Positions 53,648 to 63,155 are shown, counted from the first letter of the stretch. The stretch: DNA of 64,000 bases from a virus (IMGVR_UViG_3300011727_000001:19900-83899); one strand, 5' to 3'. The notes: generated by a model not told the origin, from the letters alone. Made by a program: numbers and translations.

Positions 53648-54572
53648 GCGTTGGCGCCAGAAGACCCTCGGTCATCCAGAAGGTCGCCTGCTTCTGCTCC
53701 GGCGTGACGTCGAATGTTGGGGTGTAGCCAATATCCAAAAGGCTCTCATTGAGGCGCTCGCGCACATAGCCCTTAAGGATGTCGGCGTTTAAACCAGGGG
53801 CTTCATAACCATCGAGCATCCAATCAATCAGATTGCACTCTGCGGTGTATGTGACCTCAGTTTCTTCCTTAACGCGTTGCAACAGTTCATCATCGAAAAG
53901 CTCCGGATATTGCTCGCGAAGGGTATTGATGATTTTACTGCCGGCCTGACCGTGGAGCAGTTCTTCGTTACGGGTATATTTGACCTGCTGAGAGGTGTCC
54001 TTCAGGACGTTTTTGTTACGGTTGAGCCGCAAAATCACGTAGAAGGGAGCGAAAAGACTGACATTTTCCACGAAAAGCGTGAAAAGGATCAGGCTGTAAA
54101 TATACTGCTTACGCTGATTATGAGGATAGACACGCTCGGCGTGTTTGTTGAGATAGATTACTCGACCGGCGAGGGCCGGAACCTTCATAATTTCGCGGAA
54201 AATACCGAAAAGACCGAGCTTTTTGAGGAGCTTTTCATAAGCATTGTTATGAATGGTCTCCACATATGCCATGGTAATACCAAGGTCTTTAATCGATGGA
54301 TGCGGAAGATGGTCACCGAGACGCTTCCAGAATTCTTTTACGGAGATTTCAATCTGAGCGATTGCTGCCAAAACGCGCGTTACCACAAGGCGCTCGTGGT
54401 CGGTCAGTTTGAGCTTAAAGTCCACCACATCGCTATCGAAGGTAAACTTCTTCGCAGTCCAGAAGCCATCTTGCATGGCTTCGATGAATGTCTGCGCCCA
54501 CGGATAGTAATCAGGCATCCGCTCGATCTGCGGATCGAACAGCTTAACGATCTGGGTATCAGTCGCTTTCAT
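53577..54572 (-). CDS. nrdB: Ribonucleotide reductase class I beta subunit
   Basis: Ferritin-like di-iron ligand spacing (EISVKEFW...E..H) and the acidic C-terminal tail EDDDF used for alpha binding. Confidence 0.75.
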   Translation of the reverse strand: MKATDTQIVKLFDPQIERMPDYYPWAQTFIEAMQDGFWTAKKFTFDSDVVDFKLKLTDHERLVVTRVLAAIAQIEISVKEFWKRLGDHLPHPSIKDLGITMAYVETIHNNAYEKLLKKLGLFGIFREIMKVPALAGRVIYLNKHAERVYPHNQRKQYIYSLILFTLFVENVSLFAPFYVILRLNRNKNVLKDTSQQVKYTRNEELLHGQAGSKIINTLREQYPELFDDELLQRVKEETEVTYTAECNLIDWMLDGYEAPGLNADILKGYVRERLNESLLDIGYTPTFDVTPEQKQATFWMTEGLLAPTRVDFFNSEPTSYTQADAAEDDDF

Positions 54573-54603
54573 ATTTTCACCTTATAAGGAAACAAGATTT
54601 AGA

Positions 54604-54634
54604 TAATAACTAATTGCTTACTTATTATCTAGGG
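54604..54634 (-). promoter_or_regulatory. Promoter-like motif upstream of nrdB
   Basis: ATAATAACTAATTGCTTACTTATTATCTAGG. Confidence 0.45.
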
Positions 54635-54645
54635 TAAATAAAAAA

Positions 54646-55212
54646 TCAGGCTACTCGCTGAGCCAAAATTGCCTGAACCTGCTTGAAAGCAGGTGTCTGA
54701 ATACCGGCGTGACAGATAGCGGCCGCGTCAGCCAAGTGCTCATTCTTCAAAGTAGGAACCATCACACCGCCGCGTTTAGTCGTCAGCCATGGCGCGTTTG
54801 GGTAGGTCTCGTTCGCCCACTCAATCATCTCCTGCTTGCTTGCAGTCCGGGTGCCTACGGTAGTTTTCTTCGTTTCAACCGGTGCTACTTCGAGAAGCGG
54901 AATTTTGATGCTGGCGTAAATACCAATGGTAATGCCGAAACCCAGAACGGCGTTGTAATCTTGTCCGCCAGATGGCACCTCTGCAAAGCAAACAGTAACG
55001 TCGGAAAGAAAGTCGCTAACACCCTTGGCGATTTCTTGTGCGCGTAAAAGATTGTCCGAGGACGAGCGAACGGACTTATTTTTGTTTTTCTGGGTCTCGA
55101 TAAGCCTCATGCCGATAACATCAAGCTCTTCGGTGCCGAGGTCGTAGCTCATTTTGGTCATACCGAAATTGCGCAGACTCCCATCGAGGCCGCAGATGAT
55201 AATCTTAGCCAT
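54646..55212 (-). CDS. RuvC-like Holliday junction resolvase (RNase-H fold)
   Basis: N-terminal KIIICGLDGSLRNFGM resembles the RuvC motif IILGIDPGSRVTGY. 188 aa. Confidence 0.5.
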   Translation of the reverse strand: MAKIIICGLDGSLRNFGMTKMSYDLGTEELDVIGMRLIETQKNKNKSVRSSSDNLLRAQEIAKGVSDFLSDVTVCFAEVPSGGQDYNAVLGFGITIGIYASIKIPLLEVAPVETKKTTVGTRTASKQEMIEWANETYPNAPWLTTKRGGVMVPTLKNEHLADAAAICHAGIQTPAFKQVQAILAQRVA

Positions 55213-55685
55213 TAAAATCTTCCGAATTTTTCATTGTTTGCGTAAACCTCGGCCGCATTTCGCTTTTCAGCTTCCGCATCCGAGATGATCTTTTGTTCGG
55301 TTTTCTCGATGAAATCCGTAACAAGAGTTGGAAGATGTTCACCTTCCAAATTGAGTTTTTCGGCAAAAACGCCGCCAAAGAGAGGGACAGCCTGATCGAG
55401 TTTTACAGCATCCCATTCGCATTGCTTCCAAGGCATGTCGTCTACAGGAGTGAAAGAGAAAATAATCTTCCCGCTCTTACCGATCCGAACGTCCTTAAAG
55501 AACAGCTCTTGGTCGCCAAACACCGGCTTCGTTTTATAAGTGCCATCATTCTGTAGTAGCGACGCTTGCGGCGCACCTTCAACAACGTGAACCGTGTCTT
55601 TCATGGATGTGTTGATCTGCTCAACCACTCGTTCGAACAGCTTATCGCGGTCGATCTTGGTTTCAGTTAAATGAACATTGGCCAT
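55212..55685 (-). CDS. Hypothetical protein
   Basis: 157 aa. Confidence 0.35.
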   Translation of the reverse strand: MANVHLTETKIDRDKLFERVVEQINTSMKDTVHVVEGAPQASLLQNDGTYKTKPVFGDQELFFKDVRIGKSGKIIFSFTPVDDMPWKQCEWDAVKLDQAVPLFGGVFAEKLNLEGEHLPTLVTDFIEKTEQKIISDAEAEKRNAAEVYANNEKFGRF

Positions 55686-55696
55686 TGTGTTACCTA

Positions 55697-55726
55697 TCTA
55701 AGTGATTACTTATTAAATTATAGCAA
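55697..55726 (-). promoter_or_regulatory. Promoter-like motif
   Basis: TCTAAGTGATTACTTATTAAATTATAGCAA. Confidence 0.45.
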
Positions 55727-55854
55727 TCGGGTAGCGCGATGCGCTTATAATTTACTGAGCGGGATGAGCCGCTGGAGTGTGTTAAAAAGCCGGCCGAGCA
55801 TAACCCGGCCGGACATAACCTTCATATTTGCCCATAACGCGATATGTTATGAAG

Positions 55855-56151
55855 TCAGTCACTAAGCGCGCCCTGACTTCTGGCATATTCGAGAAACTTC
55901 TCAATCTTTTGGCGCTTTTCCTCCATAGCTGGAAGGTCTGCCTCATTAACCCGCTCGATCGCGCCTGTTTCAACCAGCAACATCATAACGGTTAGAAGAT
56001 CCACGAATTCGACGCGAATACGCTCTGCATTGGTCAGTTCCTGACCGGGCTGTATCTCACCCAATCCGAAGCGAAGCGCTTTTGAAACGCGTTGTCCGAC
56101 CTCACAGCATTCTTCCGCAAGGCAGCTCAAAAGATGTTCTTGGCGGTTCAT
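55855..56151 (-). CDS. MazG-like nucleotide pyrophosphohydrolase (small all-alpha)
   Basis: LAEECCEVGQRVSKAL resembles the MazG EExxE..K motif. 98 aa. Confidence 0.45.
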   Translation of the reverse strand: MNRQEHLLSCLAEECCEVGQRVSKALRFGLGEIQPGQELTNAERIRVEFVDLLTVMMLLVETGAIERVNEADLPAMEEKRQKIEKFLEYARSQGALSD

Positions 56152-58085
56152 ACTGTGATCTCCGAAACGATGGTTTTATTGTTCTTGGACTCAACCTGAA
56201 TGATATTGGAGATCCAGTCTTTGAGGTTGTTATGGGAGATAACGAACACGGAGCCGCGCTCTTTTGCTTTATCTTCCAAAATCTGCATCAGGCGCTCAAG
56301 TCCGGCAGGGTCAAGCGCGTCGTCAATCTCGTCACCAATGAACAATTCAATTGGCTTGGTTGCGCGTGTCGCGACCAGATCCTGCAGCGCGAGTGCCGCG
56401 GAGATACGAACCTTTCGTTTTTCACCGCCTGACAAACCGGCAAAAGACTTCGAACGATCCTTTTTCTCCACTTCAATGGAGAACTTCTCACGCAATTCGC
56501 CTTTGGCGTTCTTTACCAAGGTCGTCCAATTTGCCTGAATGTTATTATCCGACAATGTAGCCAGATATTTCGACGTTTGCTGATTAAGAAACGGCGTAAC
56601 TTCATCAAGAATATGGGCGCGAACACCGGCTGGAGAGAACACCTTGGATACGCTTTCGGCGATTTTCAATTCGGTATCGACTTGCTTGAGCTTATCGAGG
56701 AGATCTTGCCCCGCGCCGTCGGCTTCCTGCAGTTTCTTTCGATGCTTATCGAGCGTAGCCTCATGCGGATTAAGCTCTGCTGTAATCGCTTTAACGCGCT
56801 CACCAGTCGCTTTTGCAGTGCTTGCGAGTTGCGCACGTTGAGACTTCAAGCGCTCACCGGCGTTGATCTGTGACTGAATCTGAGCGCGTTCCTGAGTGAC
56901 TTTCGATGTATCAGTCATTGTGGCCTGAAAATCAGAGACTGCTTTCTGAGCATCAGCTATTTTCCGCTGCTCTTTAATCAACTCAGCCTTCGCCTCATCG
57001 CGGATTTTGGTCGAGTGCTCAATCTTTTCATTGACGGATTTCTTGGCCGCGCCCAACTCATTTTCGGTCATTGGGCGACCGCACTCATTGCACGGACAGC
57101 CAACTTTGTGCTGTATCCCGGTAAGTTCCGCGGTGAGACGCTGCAAGTCGCGCTCACTGGACTGGATTGTCTGCTGAACAATCTGCGCGGCGTGCTGCGC
57201 AGATACAACCGCGGAGTTCAGCTGTTGCAGCTTTACACCTTCCTGACTAACAGCCGCAATTCGTGTATCACAATCAGCAACGGAGGCGGCGAGAGCGACG
57301 AAATCAACTTTGGCAATCTGCGCGTCCAGCTCTTTAATATCCCGAACCAGATTGGTGACTTCAACCTTACCAGCATCAATGCGCGTCTTTTGGTTATTTT
57401 GCCACTGAACCGACAAAGCGGTCTCGTTCGTGATCTGGTCTTGAATCCACGTCTTCTGCTGTTCGGTCTGGGCGATAACCGCTGATACTTGATCACGTTC
57501 TGCTTTTTTCGCCGCCATGCGCTTATTGGCTTCTTTGTAAGCCTCTTCGAGCAGGGTCACGCCGGACGCCTCCTCAAGCAGCAGTTTGAGTTGCTTGTCG
57601 GTCATTGCCGGAAGATCGGGCATCTTTTCCTGACCGGCGTAGATCGCACCGGTAAACACGTCGAGGGACGCGCCGAGGATCTTCGTGAGAATTTCCTGCG
57701 TGAGCTTATCAGTGCCTTTGGTCAGATCGTTGATTGTGCCGTCAGACTTCAAATGTTGGACATTAAGACCGTTCTTACCCTTCGAATGCTTGCGATAGCG
57801 TGTGACGCGGTAAATCTCACCAGCATCGTCAATATCGACCTGACCCATCGTGCCTTTACCGGCGGTGAAATTGATAACATCGTCGCCGGACACGCCGCGC
57901 GCTGTCACGCCATATAAAGTCCAGCAAAGACCGTCAGCCAATGATGATTTGCCGGCGCCGTTGGAATCTGACGATGTATCGTCGCTGTTAATTCCTTGAA
58001 TAAGAACCAAACCGCGATCATCAAACTTAACTTCCGCATCCGTGAGTGTGAGGAAGTTTTCAAGCTTCATTTTGGTGAATTTCAT
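56148..58085 (-). CDS. sbcC: SbcC/Rad50-family ATPase (start at MKFTKMK)
   Basis: Walker A GAGKSS, coiled coil with zinc hook CPCNECGRP, signature LSGGEKRK, Walker B IGDEIDDALD. Confidence 0.8.
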   Translation of the reverse strand: MKFTKMKLENFLTLTDAEVKFDDRGLVLIQGINSDDTSSDSNGAGKSSLADGLCWTLYGVTARGVSGDDVINFTAGKGTMGQVDIDDAGEIYRVTRYRKHSKGKNGLNVQHLKSDGTINDLTKGTDKLTQEILTKILGASLDVFTGAIYAGQEKMPDLPAMTDKQLKLLLEEASGVTLLEEAYKEANKRMAAKKAERDQVSAVIAQTEQQKTWIQDQITNETALSVQWQNNQKTRIDAGKVEVTNLVRDIKELDAQIAKVDFVALAASVADCDTRIAAVSQEGVKLQQLNSAVVSAQHAAQIVQQTIQSSERDLQRLTAELTGIQHKVGCPCNECGRPMTENELGAAKKSVNEKIEHSTKIRDEAKAELIKEQRKIADAQKAVSDFQATMTDTSKVTQERAQIQSQINAGERLKSQRAQLASTAKATGERVKAITAELNPHEATLDKHRKKLQEADGAGQDLLDKLKQVDTELKIAESVSKVFSPAGVRAHILDEVTPFLNQQTSKYLATLSDNNIQANWTTLVKNAKGELREKFSIEVEKKDRSKSFAGLSGGEKRKVRISAALALQDLVATRATKPIELFIGDEIDDALDPAGLERLMQILEDKAKERGSVFVISHNNLKDWISNIIQVESKNNKTIVSEITV

Positions 58086-58101
58086 GTTCTTCTCTCTTTC
58101 A

Positions 58102-58575
58102 TCAGGAACGAAATTCATCGTGTGACAGATGAGTAATCGCCTTCAGGGACAGCACCTTGGTTCTGCAACCGGTAGGCATATCGTAGCTAAATTTATCCAG
58201 AAGACTGTCCATATCGGATGTGACTGCTTTGATATAAAGCTTAATATACCCAGAGTGAGACAGGTTATTCTCCAGCTCTCTCAATAAGGCAGAGCCAATT
58301 CCAATCTTTCTGAAAGCTGGTTTTAGATAGATAAAGGTAACAGTTGCCTCGATCGCTGACCCGTAATTGTCATAGGTCGCCATCCCCACAATCTCGTCAT
58401 TTATTTCGACAAAAATACCTTTTGAAGGTAATGAGTTTGAGCGTTGGGGAATAATTTTCTCGTAAAACATATTTTCGAGAAAGCTTTTAGCCGCCGCGGC
58501 ATATCGGCCGCGGCAGGAAGCTTTGATAAAGCAAATATTATTTTGCATATTGATTGTCCTAGATATGACAATCAA
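58102..58575 (-). CDS. GNAT-family N-acetyltransferase (AT-rich insert)
   Basis: Motif A FRKIGIGSALLRELE. 157 aa. Local AT content higher than neighbours. Confidence 0.55.
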   Translation of the reverse strand: MIVISRTINMQNNICFIKASCRGRYAAAAKSFLENMFYEKIIPQRSNSLPSKGIFVEINDEIVGMATYDNYGSAIEATVTFIYLKPAFRKIGIGSALLRELENNLSHSGYIKLYIKAVTSDMDSLLDKFSYDMPTGCRTKVLSLKAITHLSHDEFRS

Positions 58576-59410
58576 CGATGGAAATCAGAGCGTCTTCGGG
58601 GAGCGCATCGAGGAATTTACCGATACGTTCGTTCCATTCGTCTGCATCGGTCTCATTACTGACGATGCCGAACCAACCCATGCTGCCGCGTTCGGCCCAT
58701 TTACGATCGGTTACGATTGCAAGGGTGGAGATTGCACGATCACGGGCGGCCTGAATGTATTTTTCACGACCCACAAGCAAAGCATCTTTGTCGAAAAAGA
58801 AGCCATCGCTACCAAGATTTTCAGCAATTTTTACGATTTGCGGCTGAGAGTGATATTGCTCGCGCGCCTTCTGATGATCTTTTGAGTTTTCATCAAAAAC
58901 CTGCTGCCAGCTCTTCCAAGCTTCTTCAACGCCGGTCATCGCTTTATCGTATGCTTCACCAGCCTGCTTACCGGCTTCATCACGCATACCATCGATATCG
59001 ATTTCGCACTTTTTCAGACTGTCGTGGCGCTTGCCGTCTTTACCGAGCAAGAAGCCGCTCCAGCGACCACCAACAGTGTAATAATCCCACTTTTTATCTG
59101 GGTTGGTGCGATTGATCGCTTTTACCAGTTCACCAGCCTCATCAACGGTATGATAGCCGTATTTATGCTCGTCATCTGTATCCGGTTCGCTGCCGAATTC
59201 GACCTTTTTCAGACCGTAATAGTCTGTCGCGAAAGCGGAGATCGTTGGATAATCCGGATCGTCTTTGCGACCTTCGTAATCGGCGCGGATCTCTTCGGTT
59301 TGATCGACATCCTGAATGAATTCATCGTCGTGACCGGTGCATTCAAATTCATGGAAAGGCGCGAGGTTGTGATCTACGTCACCAATGACCATTGCTGCAA
59401 AATGTGACAT
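58559..59410 (-). CDS. Hypothetical protein (283 aa) between sbcC and sbcD
   Basis: No motif recognised. Trp/Asp-rich. Confidence 0.4.
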   Translation of the reverse strand: MSHFAAMVIGDVDHNLAPFHEFECTGHDDEFIQDVDQTEEIRADYEGRKDDPDYPTISAFATDYYGLKKVEFGSEPDTDDEHKYGYHTVDEAGELVKAINRTNPDKKWDYYTVGGRWSGFLLGKDGKRHDSLKKCEIDIDGMRDEAGKQAGEAYDKAMTGVEEAWKSWQQVFDENSKDHQKAREQYHSQPQIVKIAENLGSDGFFFDKDALLVGREKYIQAARDRAISTLAIVTDRKWAERGSMGWFGIVSNETDADEWNERIGKFLDALPEDALISIVDCHI

Positions 59411-59412
59411 GC

Positions 59413-59769
59413 TTATTCTCCTTGATTAATCGCAGCCGACAGATCGCCGGACATTGCTGCGCGTTGAATATTGGTCTCGCGTGCGGGACGAGCCGTTGGT
59501 TTCTTTTGTGTGGATGTGACGTTGGCCGAAGAATGCTTCGCACTGCGCGTGGAGATATTGGCGCGAGGATTACGATCACCGGTCTGCTCGGTTTGTTTGA
59601 TTACCGTGCAGCGATCGCCGTCTTTGTTTTTATACATTTGGGCGGTCGGGTAGGGCAGATCGCGAATGACCTGCTCAACAATGGTGGTCTTTTCGCCAGT
59701 TTTCTTACCCTTTGCATCGAAAACCGATACAATGTGCTGGTTTGCGAGTTTGACGGTATAGAGTTGCAC
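59413..59769 (-). CDS. Hypothetical protein (GTG start)
   Basis: 118 aa, basic C-terminal half. Confidence 0.35.
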   Translation of the reverse strand: MQLYTVKLANQHIVSVFDAKGKKTGEKTTIVEQVIRDLPYPTAQMYKNKDGDRCTVIKQTEQTGDRNPRANISTRSAKHSSANVTSTQKKPTARPARETNIQRAAMSGDLSAAINQGE

Positions 59770-59778
59770 TTTTCTCTC

Positions 59779-59806
59779 CTAAGTATTTGATTACTTACTG
59801 TAACAA
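59779..59806 (-). promoter_or_regulatory. Promoter-like motif
   Basis: CCTAAGTATTTGATTACTTACTGTAACA. Confidence 0.45.
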
Positions 59807-59834
59807 ATACAAAAATGGCGCGCGGTTGGGTTTG

Positions 59835-60926
59835 TTAGGATTCTTCGTAAACTGATCGGGCAGCTTTCAGCACGTCATTGGCGGCTTTTTTAACCGCATC
59901 GCGATCAACATCAGGCTCAAGATCGACCTTATCCACGTAAGCGGTAACGGACTGATCCAGTGTCTGGCCGGACTTAGCTGGTGTCGCGCCTTGACGTTGG
60001 GAGGTCTGAGCCGGCGGTGCCTGAATTGAAGTGCCGAGCGCGCCGTGCGTTTCAAAGAACCGTTTCAACTCGGCCATATCTTCGGACGTCATTTGACTGC
60101 CACGAAAGCGAACATAATTCCCATCGCAAATGAGTTTAATTTCATCCTCGTCACGACCAGATACGTCGATGAATTTCGGCGCATGGGTATCCATGAAACG
60201 AACAGATTCATCATTCACCAACAGAAAGCCTGCTTTTGAACCAATATCGCCCCAGGTTTGATGCGTCGTGGCGCCGATTGAGTAAACTCCACCCTGCATG
60301 ACTTTATGATTGTGATAGTCACCGGCCATTACACGGCGAAACCCGAACTTGGACAATGCGACATCAGTCAGTCCGTGATCAGGCATACCCGGAATAACTC
60401 CGTCGATACCGGCGTGAATGAAAACGTCTGTTTGGTCGATAAGACCGGTAGCAGTGGCGATGCTCTGCAAATCTCGCAGAAGTTCGTCGCGCGACGAGCG
60501 CCAAGGCACAAAGCCGAGATAGTAATCATCTTCGGTATGCACGAGCTGAGGCTCATTGATCACGATAAAGCGGCCTTTATCGGATTGTGTTTGCGCCAAT
60601 GTTTGAATTGCTGAGGACAGCTCACTGGTATCTTTGGATTTAAGATCGTGATTTCCTGGAATGGCATAAATCGTAACGCCCATATCCAAGATTTCTTTGA
60701 TCGTCGCTTGTGTAGGATTAAGAACCTCTGGATCGATCGAGCCTCGAACGTGAAACACGTCTCCGGCGATTACCATCACCTTACCATCGAGCTTGGTTAA
60801 CTCAGTGGCAGCGCGCTTCATTTCATCCAAAATAATGCGCAAGCGGTTATTCACGCCATCCGGATTGATGCGTGAGAACATTGACCAGTTATGGCAGTGA
60901 ATGTCTGATAGAACGGCGTAAGTCAT
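59835..60926 (-). CDS. sbcD: SbcD/Mre11-family nuclease (calcineurin-like phosphoesterase)
   Basis: Motif I LSDIHCH, II AGDVFH, III GNHD, and later H/GD motifs. Confidence 0.8.
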   Translation of the reverse strand: MTYAVLSDIHCHNWSMFSRINPDGVNNRLRIILDEMKRAATELTKLDGKVMVIAGDVFHVRGSIDPEVLNPTQATIKEILDMGVTIYAIPGNHDLKSKDTSELSSAIQTLAQTQSDKGRFIVINEPQLVHTEDDYYLGFVPWRSSRDELLRDLQSIATATGLIDQTDVFIHAGIDGVIPGMPDHGLTDVALSKFGFRRVMAGDYHNHKVMQGGVYSIGATTHQTWGDIGSKAGFLLVNDESVRFMDTHAPKFIDVSGRDEDEIKLICDGNYVRFRGSQMTSEDMAELKRFFETHGALGTSIQAPPAQTSQRQGATPAKSGQTLDQSVTAYVDKVDLEPDVDRDAVKKAANDVLKAARSVYEES

Positions 60927-61210
60927 AACGCGGGAACTTCCACTTTAATAGGCTCAGGAAACCAAAAACCTTGACGATGATAAGTGTCTTGTTTGATGAG
61001 AAATATTTGAGCGTCGTGAAGGTCGAACTTTTGCTCGACCAGCTTCTCCAACACGCACATTCTTCGAGATTTTTGGCGACCGGTAACACACTCTGACCCT
61101 GCAAACGCAGTCTCAAAGAACATTGATCCAACCACGAATTCGTTGGTTGCGCGTTTAGCTGCGGAATACATCATATAAACGCCACGTATATGGGGAGTTG
61201 GAACAATCAT
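60923..61210 (-). CDS. Hypothetical protein
   Basis: 95 aa. Confidence 0.3.
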   Translation of the reverse strand: MIVPTPHIRGVYMMYSAAKRATNEFVVGSMFFETAFAGSECVTGRQKSRRMCVLEKLVEQKFDLHDAQIFLIKQDTYHRQGFWFPEPIKVEVPAL

Positions 61211-61226
61211 CTTTCTCTCTCGTGTT

Positions 61227-61255
61227 CACTAAGTGATTACTTATTATTTATAGCG
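61227..61255 (-). promoter_or_regulatory. Promoter-like motif (closest to consensus)
   Basis: CTAAGTGATTACTTATTATTTATAGCGC. The reverse complement is followed by GAGAGAGAAAG and the ATG. Confidence 0.5.
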
Positions 61256-61278
61256 CTTTTTATGAGGAATGACTGTGG

Positions 61279-62235
61279 TTATTTCACAGAGTTTTTGAAA
61301 TTATCCAGGTTGATCAATTTAGGCCGGCAACTGAGTGTTGCGTTTCCATTTTTAACCGCTTTAAGCATGTAAGTGATGATCTTGTGCATGGCTCGTTGAG
61401 CATCACCATTCCCGGTTCCAAACTTACCGTTCCAGGTTTTTGTATCATCTTCATCTCCATTAACTCCGCACTGAAGATAAGAGTTGAGATAATAATGCGC
61501 ATTACCCTGGCCATTCATCAAAACAGCGCCGGTTTTATCATTGTAGGCTTCAAGCATCATAAGGGTAGAAGAACCCGAATCCCGCCGAAGCATCAGGAGC
61601 GCGCTTGCCAAGAATGGAACTTTAAATCGAGAACTAACAGGGTTAATTTGATCCAAAATCTCTAGCTCGGTTTGGAAAAATTTAAGCTGAGAGTCGCGGT
61701 CATTCTTGCCAGGCGCGCTTTTTACGTAGGAGCTCGCAAGTGTTAACGCTTCTCCAAAACTTCCTTTCGCCAACCAGCTGGTTTTTAAATTCATACCGGC
61801 GGCGCTCATGAAACCCTGAATCGCATCAGGAGAGGTTTTGACTGAACGGCGACTGTCGTAACTGTTATAAAGTCTTTCCGATTCAGCTTTTAAACTAATT
61901 TTAGGATCAAGAATGTCATAAACAATAACAAGCAATTCATCGAGGAAGCTAGCCTTACGATCAATCAAATACGAGCGCGTATGACCATCGACTTTGACGC
62001 AATTTCCATATGTATCTCGCGCCATAAATGCAACAGCATGTTCAGGCTGAAGGGTTTTAAGGTGCAAAGCTGCGCGTAAAGTCTCATTTCTCTGAATTGA
62101 GTTGCGTGGAATTTTCACCCATTCAGTAGCTTTCATAACCTCAGCGGAAACTCGAATATTGTTAACTACAATAGAGGTCGCCGGTGTAACCGGCGACACG
62201 ATTTTAGGTGATGCTGCGCGAAGTGCTTGTGCCAT
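61279..62235 (-). CDS. Hypothetical protein with a DGHTR motif; possible DUF262/ParB-like nuclease superfamily (tentative)
   Basis: GNCVKVDGHTRSY resembles the DGQHR/DGQQR motif of ParB-superfamily DUF262/DndB proteins. Confidence 0.3.
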   Translation of the reverse strand: MAQALRAASPKIVSPVTPATSIVVNNIRVSAEVMKATEWVKIPRNSIQRNETLRAALHLKTLQPEHAVAFMARDTYGNCVKVDGHTRSYLIDRKASFLDELLVIVYDILDPKISLKAESERLYNSYDSRRSVKTSPDAIQGFMSAAGMNLKTSWLAKGSFGEALTLASSYVKSAPGKNDRDSQLKFFQTELEILDQINPVSSRFKVPFLASALLMLRRDSGSSTLMMLEAYNDKTGAVLMNGQGNAHYYLNSYLQCGVNGDEDDTKTWNGKFGTGNGDAQRAMHKIITYMLKAVKNGNATLSCRPKLINLDNFKNSVK

Positions 62236-62249
62236 TTCTATCTCGCTTT

Positions 62250-62277
62250 CTAAGTAAACAATGACTTATTCATAAAG
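62250..62277 (-). promoter_or_regulatory. Promoter-like motif
   Basis: CTAAGTAAACAATGACTTATTCATAAAG. Confidence 0.4.
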
Positions 62278-62305
62278 CGAAATAAAAAGGCAGTCGGTTG
62301 GATAA

Positions 62306-62692
62306 TTAAGGCCGAGCGATGGAAGTTTTTCGCTTGAATTCTTTCAACGGTAAATACCTTTGCAATGCGCCGCCGCGGCTCTCATAGTTCATAATTCGCG
62401 CATGATTTGTGTCGAAGAACCGCTCGATAGGCGCCAGCCAAATATCATCACTCTCCTTACAAAGAACGCCGACAACTTTAATACCTTCGAGGCGGCGTTC
62501 TCGTAGCGTTTCCTCATCGATAGCCCACGCGGCAACACCTTCCCGAATAGCTTCGGAAAGGTTGCGCTTGCCCGACCTGAAAATCTCACCGAGCTTTCGA
62601 TAAGCCAGATACACATTTGTCCCGTTAGGCAATGTATAAACGGCTCCGTAAAGTCTCCGGCCTCTCTTGATTACCCGTTTGGGCAACTTGTC
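62306..62692 (-). CDS. Hypothetical basic protein (start probably the internal MDKLPKR)
   Basis: The track ORF N-terminus overlaps the ASCH gene. ~129 aa from the internal Met. Confidence 0.3.
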   Translation of the reverse strand, partial: DKLPKRVIKRGRRLYGAVYTLPNGTNVYLAYRKLGEIFRSGKRNLSEAIREGVAAWAIDEETLRERRLEGIKVVGVLCKESDDIWLAPIERFFDTNHARIMNYESRGGALQRYLPLKEFKRKTSIARP

Positions 62693-63155
62693 CATTTGCT
62701 TGCGCAGCGAGGGAGGTTTGCGCGCCACTTTCAAAGCCTTTCCATTCGTATAAGCCTTGTTTTCCCTGAATAGGGATCGGATGTTCCAAAATTTCCGGAT
62801 AACGCATCCGCCAGGCATAATTACCAAGATCATACCAGCCGTAAGATTGCTCTTCCTCGGTGATATCATTGAGAAATTCTTCGGTGACAGGCTCGAAACT
62901 ATGCAGCAATGCTGTGCCAATGAGATATCCTCGCGGCAGCTCCTCCAATGGCGGTAACCCGGTCTGAGCGTAATACTTCTGCATAAGCGGATCGGCGAAC
63001 GCGCCTCTTTGATCCGGCGTTATGTTCTTTGTAGCTGCTATTCCAATACGCTGACCTATTGCCGATTTTGGCGGAGCCCAAGTTCGCGTCTCGAAGAATT
63101 TAAAGCCGTGGACAACAAGTGATGCCCACGGCTGCCATATTGAAATAACCTTCAT
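62625..63155 (-). CDS. ASCH-domain (PUA-like) protein
   Basis: N-terminal MKVISIWQPWASLVVHGFKFFETRTW is a typical ASCH signature. Confidence 0.55.
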   Translation of the reverse strand: MKVISIWQPWASLVVHGFKFFETRTWAPPKSAIGQRIGIAATKNITPDQRGAFADPLMQKYYAQTGLPPLEELPRGYLIGTALLHSFEPVTEEFLNDITEEEQSYGWYDLGNYAWRMRYPEILEHPIPIQGKQGLYEWKGFESGAQTSLAAQANGQVAQTGNQERPETLRSRLYIA

